Below, one piece after another: positions 56,792 through 64,000 of a DNA stretch of 64,000 nucleotides. Position numbers and translations under genes: made by a program. The stretch is from an uncultured Acidimicrobiales bacterium (GTDB taxonomy: Bacteria > Actinomycetota > Acidimicrobiia > Acidimicrobiales > Aldehydirespiratoraceae): positions 242,773-306,772 of the forward strand of contig CATOTC010000005.1 of the NCBI GenBank assembly GCA_951812975.1, in the 5' to 3' direction. Below the pieces are notes generated by a model that ran no database searches, had not been told where the DNA came from, and worked only from the letters and a program-made list of their open reading frames with translations. Position 1 is the stretch's first letter; the number at the start of each line of letters is the position of its first letter.

Positions 56792-56875
56792 TTCGGAAGA
56801 TTACTCTATTAGTCTTCCGAATCCTGCCCTATCCCGGCGAGCACCAGCGACCTCGGCCTCATCTGGCCACAGTTC

Positions 56876-56916
56876 TGTAGACTTAATGTAGATCAAAGAT
56901 AGATCCGGTGTAGTCT
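56876..56916. promoter_or_regulatory. TGTAGA(C/T) direct repeats x3 in AT-rich region upstream of the antitoxin gene (candidate TA operator/promoter)
   Basis: TGTAGACT at 56876, TGTAGATC at 56887, TGTAGTCT at 56909, immediately 5' of ATG 56923. Confidence 0.35.
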
Positions 56917-56922
56917 GAGTTC

Positions 56923-57159
56923 ATGGAAACGACGACGATCCGGGTTGACCGAGACACCCACGCTCGGCTCCAAGAGCTCAGCGAGGCCACCGGTGACACC
57001 CTCACCAAGACAGTTCGTGACGCCGCTGAGGCGTTGCAACGCATCCGGTTCGGTCTGCGGGTGCAAGAAGAACTCGCGGTGCTCAAGGGTGACCCCACCG
57101 CTTGGAACAACTACCTCGCCCAAGCAGAAACATCCTCGGTCGCCGATGGCATCAGTTGA
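56923..57159 (+). CDS. type II antitoxin (small DNA-binding protein)
   Basis: 78-aa ORF overlapping the downstream PemK/MazF toxin gene by 14 bp. Confidence 0.6.
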   Translation: METTTIRVDRDTHARLQELSEATGDTLTKTVRDAAEALQRIRFGLRVQEELAVLKGDPTAWNNYLAQAETSSVADGIS

Positions 57160-57484
57160 CGAGCTGTGGCTGGTCGATTTCGGTGAGCCGCATCCCGGTG
57201 AACCCGCCTTGGTGCGACCGGCTCTCGTGCTCGGTCCCCCCGACTACTTCGGCAGTGGATTCCCGCTGGTCATCGTTGCCCCTCTGACGACAGCGGACCG
57301 CTCTCTGTCCCTTCACGTCGAAGTGCAGGCCACAGCTCAGACTGGCTTACGTCAGACAAGTTTCGTCCAGTGCGAGTTGATCCGGTCCATAAACGGAACA
57401 CGACTCCTCGAACGACTCGGCACAATCGACCTCGACACAGCACGAACCGTGGACCAAATCGTCAGAGTCCTCCTCAATCACTGA
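57146..57484 (+). CDS. PemK/MazF-family type II toxin (mRNA interferase)
   Basis: MazF-fold features: GEPALVRPALVL, PLVIVAPLTT, SFVQCELIRSIN. 112 aa. Confidence 0.75.
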   Translation: MASVDELWLVDFGEPHPGEPALVRPALVLGPPDYFGSGFPLVIVAPLTTADRSLSLHVEVQATAQTGLRQTSFVQCELIRSINGTRLLERLGTIDLDTARTVDQIVRVLLNH

Positions 57485-58953
57485 ACCCTACGGTGTGAAG
57501 GTGATGCCCTGAACGGCCACGGGGTGCCGATCAGTTCTTCGGCCACGGCAGCGGCGGCGAATTCGGGATCATCGACAGATGCCACGGCGCGGCTTCCGGA
57601 AGGGAGGTCCACAATTGCTCGCACACCGGACGGCTCCATGCCGTTGTAGACGACGGTGTAGGTTGCCACGGTCCCCTCGCCGGTGGGATCCTCGTCGAGA
57701 GGAACCTCTGCAGTAGCGGCTCTCGCCTCATCGGCCAGATCGGCGATCAGCAGACCCGCGGCGGGGGGTTCGGTGCTCCAGACGGTGAGTCCCGGTTTGG
57801 TCAACAGTCCACTCACAGCGGTGACCGCACCGAAAGCACCCGGCTCGGCCCGGAGCTGATCGATCATCGCAACCGTGGCCTGAAACACAAAGTTGTTGAG
57901 CGGGCCACCCGCAAACGCCATGCCCCCGGTGAGAGTGCAGACCCGGTCAGGATTCACCTCCAACTCCGACTGCTGAACCGCAACGGCCGCAGGGAAACAG
58001 CTGTAGAGCTCGATGTGCTCCACCTCAGCGACACGGCGACCGATGTGCATTGTCGCCGCGGCACCCAACACCGCCATCGACGGCCAGCGGTGCAGTTCGC
58101 CGCGGCGCGACAATGAGAGCGACATCGACGACTCGAGCCCCACATGGGGGAAGACCCAGCGGTCACGAGGCACGCCCACAGACTGAGCGGTCCCAGCCGA
58201 GCACAGGACCAGAGCGGCAGCCTGATCCACTCCCCACTGGGAGTTGTGCCACTTGTTGTACGGAAAGGCCATGGGACGGTTCGCCGGTGCAGGATCACGG
58301 ATCTCCTCCGGCCGCATCGGCTCACCGAAAGCGGCCGGAGGATTCAGCTGTGCGACCTGGTTGAAGCTGTGCCAGCGCCGAGCGATCTCGTCTCGGTGCC
58401 GGCCCAGTGTCCAGCCGTGAGCAGCTCGGCGAGCATTCTCGATCATGGCGTACTGCTGGACCGGGACGACCGCACCGATCTCTTTCTCCGGGCGGGCGAC
58501 GATCTCGCCACTGGGGCTGAACTCCTCGTCGGGCACCAGACCGCCCTGATCGTGGTCCGGAAGTTCCAACCCGGCCCTGCGGGCTAGGTCATCTCGATGT
58601 TTGGTCTCCCCGCCGCAGACCACCGCAATGTCGAACGCTCGGGAACGGATCGCCTCGAACGCCAAGTTGATCAGTGTCTGCTGGGGAATCCCCACCTCCA
58701 CCGCAACCGTATGGGGATCTGCGCCCACCGCCTCCCCGATTCGACGGGCCGCGTCCGGCAACCTGGAGAGCCCGCGAGTGGCGCCGATCCAGCCGATCCT
58801 AGGACCGAGACCAGTCACGCCACTGTCGCTCAGCGCGGCTCGCAGCGCCTCGGTCATCAATTCTGTGGTGTCGAGGCCGGCGGCGGGATCAGCGAGCCGC
58901 TGATCAGCCGTCCCCGCGCCGATCAGCACCACCGTGTCGGATTCGTAAATCAT
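57478..58953 (-). CDS. thiolase-like protein (Ltp/SCP-x-type) with C-terminal OB-fold-like extension
   Basis: Thiolase-fold motifs (VVCGGETKH, CFPAAVAV, GGMAFAGGP). Confidence 0.7.
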   Translation of the reverse strand: MIYESDTVVLIGAGTADQRLADPAAGLDTTELMTEALRAALSDSGVTGLGPRIGWIGATRGLSRLPDAARRIGEAVGADPHTVAVEVGIPQQTLINLAFEAIRSRAFDIAVVCGGETKHRDDLARRAGLELPDHDQGGLVPDEEFSPSGEIVARPEKEIGAVVPVQQYAMIENARRAAHGWTLGRHRDEIARRWHSFNQVAQLNPPAAFGEPMRPEEIRDPAPANRPMAFPYNKWHNSQWGVDQAAALVLCSAGTAQSVGVPRDRWVFPHVGLESSMSLSLSRRGELHRWPSMAVLGAAATMHIGRRVAEVEHIELYSCFPAAVAVQQSELEVNPDRVCTLTGGMAFAGGPLNNFVFQATVAMIDQLRAEPGAFGAVTAVSGLLTKPGLTVWSTEPPAAGLLIADLADEARAATAEVPLDEDPTGEGTVATYTVVYNGMEPSGVRAIVDLPSGSRAVASVDDPEFAAAAVAEELIGTPWPFRASPSHRRVQ

Positions 58954-59063
58954 TGAGTGCGGACCCTACTGTGGGGCCTCCGTTTCCGACGATTTCGCGG
59001 TTCCAACGACTTGACGGTTCCAACGATTTCGACCCGAACCCGCACAACTGGGAGACTCGTTCT

Positions 59064-60194
59064 ATGACTGAGCTACTCGAAGCCGCTCGTGACCTCCGCA
59101 CGACGCTTGATGCCGAGGGTGCCAAAGCAGAAGCCGAAGGCACTCCCATGACCGACGAGGCAGTGAAGCTCTGCCGCGAAGCGGGTCTGTACGGCGTCCT
59201 CGTGCCCAAGGACGTCGGCGGCGCGGAGCTAACCTTCGACCAGTCCCTCGACGTGTTCACCGAACTCGCCCGTGCTGACGGCTCGATCGGCTGGGTGGTC
59301 ATGGCCAGCAACACCGCAGCCTGCTATTTCGGGTCGTGGTCGCCTGCTTCCTTCAGCGATGTGATGTTCGCCGACGGAGTGCCACTGGTAGCCGGACAAT
59401 TCGCTCCCAACGGCACCGCGGTGCCATGTCCCGAGGGCTACCACATCACCGGTGACTACTCGTTCGGATCCGGGCTGCAACACGCCGAATGGGCCGGATG
59501 CGGGTCTTTCAGCGCGCCGACCGAAGGCGACCCCGACTTCCTGTTGGCGGTCGTCCCGATAGCGGAGGCCGAGATCACCGGGAACTGGCACGTGATGGGA
59601 CTGCGTTCGACCGCATCGTACGACTACAGGATCGACAGCATCGTGCCCGAGGACCGGACACTGTCCTTCTTCGGATTCACCAAGCACCGGGGCGGGCCCG
59701 CCTACAACCTCGGAGTGCTGTGCATCACCGAAGTCGGCCACGCCGGTTGGGCACTCGGGGTCATGCGCCGGGCCATCGACGAAGCCACCGCGCTGGCCAA
59801 GACCAAACAGCGGATGACCGGAAAGTCGACCCTGGCCGATGACCCCCGCTTCCAGTACGACCTGGCCGAAGCCGAGAGCCTCTTCCGTGCCGGCGATCTG
59901 TGGATTCGTAACGCCTTCTGCAAAACCGAACAGTCAGCGATCAACGACAATATCGACCAAGCCGCCATCAACGAGGCACTTCAAGCCACTGCCTGGTTCA
60001 CCCAGCAGTCAGCGCAGGCGATTCAAACCCTGTATCGCCACATCGGAACGACAGCTCTGCGCGACGGCGGCTTTCAGCGCTGCTTCCGCGACGTCCATGC
60101 CGGAAGTCAACACGCAATGGTCAGCCCCACGCACTCTTACGCTTTCGCCGAGGCGATGATCGCCCCGGCACCAGAGTCGGCGCTCGAGTTCTAG
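59064..60194 (+). CDS. acyl-CoA dehydrogenase type 2 / flavin-dependent monooxygenase family protein
   Basis: Homology starts at MTELLEAARDL (ATG 59064). ACAD N-terminal and middle-domain features. Confidence 0.75.
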   Translation: MTELLEAARDLRTTLDAEGAKAEAEGTPMTDEAVKLCREAGLYGVLVPKDVGGAELTFDQSLDVFTELARADGSIGWVVMASNTAACYFGSWSPASFSDVMFADGVPLVAGQFAPNGTAVPCPEGYHITGDYSFGSGLQHAEWAGCGSFSAPTEGDPDFLLAVVPIAEAEITGNWHVMGLRSTASYDYRIDSIVPEDRTLSFFGFTKHRGGPAYNLGVLCITEVGHAGWALGVMRRAIDEATALAKTKQRMTGKSTLADDPRFQYDLAEAESLFRAGDLWIRNAFCKTEQSAINDNIDQAAINEALQATAWFTQQSAQAIQTLYRHIGTTALRDGGFQRCFRDVHAGSQHAMVSPTHSYAFAEAMIAPAPESALEF

Positions 60195-60201
60195 CACCGG
60201 C

Positions 60202-61032
60202 TCAGGGAGAAATGCTGGTGAGGTCGTCGCCGACGACGATCTCACCGCTGAAATGCCGTGCCGCGATCGCTCGCCACTCGTCGCACTGCCCGGGTTGGGG
60301 GGCCGGTACGAGGTGCGTCAGGACCAAGGTCTTGACATTGTTGCGCTCAGCTGTCTGAGCGGCCTGCTCGACGCTCGAGTGATAGTCGAGGATGTCCTGC
60401 ATGCGCGCCATGGGTACCAGCTTCACCAGATCGTCACGGATGACGGTCTGCACATAGACGTCGGCGTTGCTGGTCAGATTGTCGACTCCAGCGCAGGGGA
60501 TCGTGTCGCCAGCCAGAGCCACGACTCTGCGGTCCCGCTCTACCCGATACCCGACGGTGGGCTCCACAGGAGCATGCGCCGTGGCATGCACGCTTACCTG
60601 CATCGAACCAAGCTCGAACGAATCGCCCGCTGTCACCTCGCACACTTCGACCGCAGGCTCCCAATTCAGGTCATCGTGGTGGGCGATCCGGAAACCGATG
60701 TCGGGTCCGAGAGCATCGAGAGTGCGCTCCACGAATCGTTTGATCCCTACGGGACCCCAGACCCGAAGCGGCCGGGATTCGGTGGTCATGACCCACTGGG
60801 TGGTGATCACATCGTTCAGCGCACAGACGTGGTCACTGTGCAGGTGGGTGATGAGCACACCCGATAGCAGCACTGGCATCGAACCGGCCGCCGCCATGCG
60901 CATGACACAACCGCGTCCGGCATCGACGAGCACCTGTTCAAGGCCACCTTCGCCGGTCTTGAGCAGCGTCGCGGGACCAGCCCTGTTGGGGTCGGGAATC
61001 GGCGAACCGGTCCCGAGCAGAACGACTTCCAT
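60202..61032 (-). CDS. MBL-fold metallo-hydrolase (RNase Z/ElaC-like)
   Basis: ITHLHSDH motif. Start at MEVVLLGTGSP. Confidence 0.75.
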   Translation of the reverse strand: MEVVLLGTGSPIPDPNRAGPATLLKTGEGGLEQVLVDAGRGCVMRMAAAGSMPVLLSGVLITHLHSDHVCALNDVITTQWVMTTESRPLRVWGPVGIKRFVERTLDALGPDIGFRIAHHDDLNWEPAVEVCEVTAGDSFELGSMQVSVHATAHAPVEPTVGYRVERDRRVVALAGDTIPCAGVDNLTSNADVYVQTVIRDDLVKLVPMARMQDILDYHSSVEQAAQTAERNNVKTLVLTHLVPAPQPGQCDEWRAIAARHFSGEIVVGDDLTSISP

Positions 61033-61045
61033 CAGTTGTGCCTCC

Positions 61046-63646
61046 TCAGTCGACGCCGGTTGCAACCGGGCTCTGGTCTTGGGCTTGCCGTTTGGACAGC
61101 ACCCTCAGCATCATCTCTTTGGCCACCATCGGCGCGGCGTTCTGGTTCTGGCCGGTGATCAGATCCCCGTCGACGACCACATGGTTGGCGAACATGTCGC
61201 GGCGTCGATGGGTGCTCTGGAAGTCGGCACCGAGCCGGCGCAGTTCGGTCTCAGGGTGCTGCGGGGTCGCACCGATACCGAGTTCTTCGACCTGCTTGTC
61301 GGTGACCGCGGTGAGTGGACGGCCCTTGACCAGCGGCTCCCCGTCTGCGGTCTTCGCCTTCAGCAGACCGAGCGGCCCGTGGCAGACCCCGCCGATCACC
61401 TTGTTCGCCGCAGCGGCGACGGTGACCTGTTCACCGACCACATCCGAGGTGCCGAGGTCCCACGCCGCCCCCCAACCACCGGCGAAATAGACGACGTCGT
61501 AGTCGTCCATGTCGAGGTCTCCGATGGCCAGGCTGTTGCGGACCTTCTCCTTGGCCTCGTCGTCGGCCATGAACCGGTCATCGTGATGGCAACGAAAAAT
61601 GGGATTGAACGACTTCGGGTCGAATGGGATGTCGCCGCCCTTGGGGGAGGCGACATCGACTTCCATGCCGGCATCGCCGAACTCGTAGTAGGGAACGGTC
61701 AGCTCCGAGCCGAACACACCGGTGGGTTTGCCGACCTCGAGCGTCGCCTGGTTGGTCGCGACGATGAGCGCACGGTGGCCCTTTAAGTCGAGCTTCACCG
61801 ACTCCGGGTCCTCCGGGTGCAGGCCCGCCTTCTGAAGCAGGGTTCGCACACCACGCGCCGGCAGCGGCGGTCGCTTGGGTTTCGGGCGTTCCGCTCGGCG
61901 CTGCGCAGTCGGCCAATCCGCGTTGCGTGCGGGGATTCGCTCGCGTCGGATTCTCTCGAGACTGTCCTTCAACATCTCCATCACCTCCAGAGATTCGGGA
62001 TTCTCCCATTGGTTGTGCGCTTCAGCCGGATCATCACTGAGGCAGTAGAGCTCCCATTGGTCTGGGATCGGCTCGCTGCGATACACCGGTCCCGCCGCGG
62101 TACGCGCCGAAAGTTGCCGCACGTGGGGTTCGGTCCAAGCAGCGGGATCGTCGAACGTGCGGACCAGCTTCCACAGGCGACCGTCGAGGTGACCGACCAC
62201 AGCCTCAAGGTTGGTTGCTGCATGGGACGGGACCTTGATCTGCAACGGGAACGGGGCATCAACCCGGCCGCGTGCCGCCAGCATCGCCGCGCTCGAACCG
62301 TCGCCTTCCAGCATGTTGTCACGGGTCATCAGATAGACCGGTCCGTCCGGTGCCTGCGACGGCGACGACAGCACACCGCTCAGGTCCCGGCCCGGCAGGG
62401 AATGGACTTCAGAGTGCGTTCTGGCCAGCTCAGCACCGAGCGATGCCTCGTCGGCTCCTGTGAGTCCCAGCAGCGTGGGCAGCAGGTCTATGTGGCTGGT
62501 CGGGGTGTCGACGACCGCCGCGCCGGTGGCTTCGGCACCGACACGCACGATCTGCAACGGCACCCGCGTGGCCTCGTCGTAGAGTTGATACCACTTCTGG
62601 TGCAGGCCTCCGTGTGAACCGAGCAGATCACCGTGGTCGGAGCTGAACACCAGAACAGCGTCTGTGCTGCCCCCGTCGGTGACCGCACGGCGAACCCGGT
62701 CGATCGGGGTGTCCACATCATGGTGCAGGCGGTAGTAGGTCTGCCGATAGCGCTCGGCGTTCCCTAGATAAGCCCGGCGGATCAGCGGGGCCGGGCCGTA
62801 TGCCGAGTAGTAGCCGTCGCGGTAGGCCGACTGCAGCGCCGGTTTGGTTGAGAGGTCTTCGTCGTCTGTGGGTGACGCGGGAATCGGAGGCGGCTCGGCC
62901 AACGACGGTGCCAGCGTGTTGCCTCGCCTGCGCTGCATCGCCAGGATCGGCCAGAGCACGATGTCGTGGGGATTGACGAACGAGCAGATCAACAGGAAGG
63001 ATCTGGCCGCTTCGGGGTCGCCATCGGCCCGGCGCCTGTAGCGGTCCTGCAGCCATGCCACCGCCCGGTCCGCGTAGATCGGGTCCCGTACATAGCCCGT
63101 GTCGGACCAGTGGCCGCCGTGGGGTTCAGGGCCCACCCAGCCTGAGAAGCCGAACTCGTCGAGCGGATCCGCGGCCAGGTAGGCGTCGACGGCTTCTGGG
63201 ATGATCTCTCCGGCGGAATTGTTGGTGCGCAGGCGCTGACCGTCGACGATGAGGTCGGCGTGGCTGACATGCCATTTGCCGACATAGGCAGTGTCGTATC
63301 CTGCGGCTCGGAACCAGTCGCCCATTGTGGGCACCTCATCGGGTCTGAGCCAGCGCATCCTGCTGTCGGTCGCCTGCTTGCCGAGTCCATCGGTCTGGGT
63401 GACACCGTGCACGTCGGGGTAGTGGCCCGTCAGCAGGCTCGGGCGGCTCGGGACACAAGCGGTCGACGCCACATAGTGACGCTGAAAGTCCACACCATTG
63501 TCGGTGAACCAGCGGCGGCCGACGAGATGCCGTTCACGCCAAGTTTGGACCTCGGCTGTCTCGTAGGGCGGCGCGGCCCGCTCCTCGTCGGTGAGCAGGA
63601 TCACTATGTCGGGCTTCAACACAATGTCAGGCTGTGGGTCGGACAC
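61046..63646 (-). CDS. sulfatase (formylglycine-type, CxPSR) fused to C-terminal DJ-1/PfpI-family domain
   Basis: N-terminal CVPSRPSLLTGHYP sulfatase signature. C-terminal ~230 aa carries DVVYFAGGWGAAWD...GGVCHGPLGLL DJ-1/PfpI features. Confidence 0.8.
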   Translation of the reverse strand: MSDPQPDIVLKPDIVILLTDEERAAPPYETAEVQTWRERHLVGRRWFTDNGVDFQRHYVASTACVPSRPSLLTGHYPDVHGVTQTDGLGKQATDSRMRWLRPDEVPTMGDWFRAAGYDTAYVGKWHVSHADLIVDGQRLRTNNSAGEIIPEAVDAYLAADPLDEFGFSGWVGPEPHGGHWSDTGYVRDPIYADRAVAWLQDRYRRRADGDPEAARSFLLICSFVNPHDIVLWPILAMQRRRGNTLAPSLAEPPPIPASPTDDEDLSTKPALQSAYRDGYYSAYGPAPLIRRAYLGNAERYRQTYYRLHHDVDTPIDRVRRAVTDGGSTDAVLVFSSDHGDLLGSHGGLHQKWYQLYDEATRVPLQIVRVGAEATGAAVVDTPTSHIDLLPTLLGLTGADEASLGAELARTHSEVHSLPGRDLSGVLSSPSQAPDGPVYLMTRDNMLEGDGSSAAMLAARGRVDAPFPLQIKVPSHAATNLEAVVGHLDGRLWKLVRTFDDPAAWTEPHVRQLSARTAAGPVYRSEPIPDQWELYCLSDDPAEAHNQWENPESLEVMEMLKDSLERIRRERIPARNADWPTAQRRAERPKPKRPPLPARGVRTLLQKAGLHPEDPESVKLDLKGHRALIVATNQATLEVGKPTGVFGSELTVPYYEFGDAGMEVDVASPKGGDIPFDPKSFNPIFRCHHDDRFMADDEAKEKVRNSLAIGDLDMDDYDVVYFAGGWGAAWDLGTSDVVGEQVTVAAAANKVIGGVCHGPLGLLKAKTADGEPLVKGRPLTAVTDKQVEELGIGATPQHPETELRRLGADFQSTHRRRDMFANHVVVDGDLITGQNQNAAPMVAKEMMLRVLSKRQAQDQSPVATGVD

Positions 63647-63649
63647 CGG

Positions 63650-64000
63650 CTAACTCCCTTCGGTTCTGCTTGAGGCACTTCGGAAGGCACCTCGGATCAC
63701 CGCCGCTTCCAGATCCCGAAGCAGGCGTCGGTTCACCGAACCCATCTGTCGGGCGAGGAGCCGGGCAACAATCTTCGTCGGCAGTTTCTTCATGGGCATT
63801 GTGGAACCTGGTTCAACCTGGGCGGTGAGCGCGAGTCGTGTGTGGTCTCCGTCGGCTCTCAGCGTCCATTTGTTGACAACCCTGCTGACCACATTCGGCA
63901 AACCGACGATCTCATAGGCGAGCGCTTCCTCGGGTTGCCAGACGATGACTCGTTCGAGCACCACGTTGGTTCTGACCTGAACTCTGCGCTCGGTTCCGAC
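63650..64000 (-). CDS. SRPBCC (START/Bet v1-like, polyketide cyclase/dehydrase family) protein, 5' end beyond window
   Basis: C-terminal 104 aa only. Weak family resemblance. Confidence 0.4.
   Translation of the reverse strand, partial: VGTERRVQVRTNVVLERVIVWQPEEALAYEIVGLPNVVSRVVNKWTLRADGDHTRLALTAQVEPGSTMPMKKLPTKIVARLLARQMGSVNRRLLRDLEAAVIRGAFRSASSRTEGS

Noticed and set aside
1-64000. tRNA, rRNA, transposase, integrase or cas genes
   Set aside because: Scanning the ORF products and the few AT-rich non-coding stretches revealed no cloverleaf-compatible sequences, no ribosomal RNA-like conservation, and no DDE/tyrosine/serine recombinase motifs. The mobile-looking regions appear to have lost their enzymes.

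Overview
High-GC (~67%) actinobacterial-type chromosomal segment, densely coded on both strands, with no rRNA, tRNA, CRISPR array, transposase or integrase recognisable by eye. Gene content is mostly core metabolism. In order it holds: a livJHMGF-type branched-chain amino-acid ABC transporter (1-5392); an MTA/SAH-nucleosidase homologue interrupted by an in-frame TGA (5374-6225); a four-gene minus-strand block of an IpdAB-like CoA-transferase plus a paired acyl-CoA dehydrogenase (6399-10174); and a translationally coupled siroheme/sulfite-reduction operon, sirC-cobA-sirA (15523-18949). These are followed by a five-gene Opp/Dpp-type peptide ABC transporter (22201-28066) and many lipid/steroid-catabolism-type enzymes (SDRs, MaoC, family-III CoA-transferases including a fused double one, an Ltp-like thiolase, an LLM/F420 oxidoreductase, ACADs). 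The remainder includes a flotillin-NfeD pair, ribokinase plus nucleoside hydrolase, methionine aminopeptidase, a CDF and a VIT metal transporter, an agmatinase plus two methyltransferases operon, a mycothiol-type formaldehyde dehydrogenase with its MBL partner, an antitoxin/MazF pair beside a degenerate Fic-like gene, and an 866-aa sulfatase-DJ-1/PfpI fusion. The accessory signals are: (i) a 1.9-kb low-GC islet with two unclassifiable genes bracketed by a perfect 63-bp direct repeat that duplicates the 3' end of the sulfite-reductase gene; (ii) a decayed locus at 12.5-15.3 kb holding a DUF4143-ATPase fragment, a frameshifted Toprim/DxD-like fragment and a DUF222-HNH (REP13E12-like) gene; (iii) a dispersed GGCTCCGGCCACGCCCGGC repeat family forming a 5-unit VNTR; and (iv) several tandem duplications that copy gene 3' ends. 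Coordinates follow the supplied ORF track; start codons were chosen by homology and ATGA/GTGA overlaps and are approximate.
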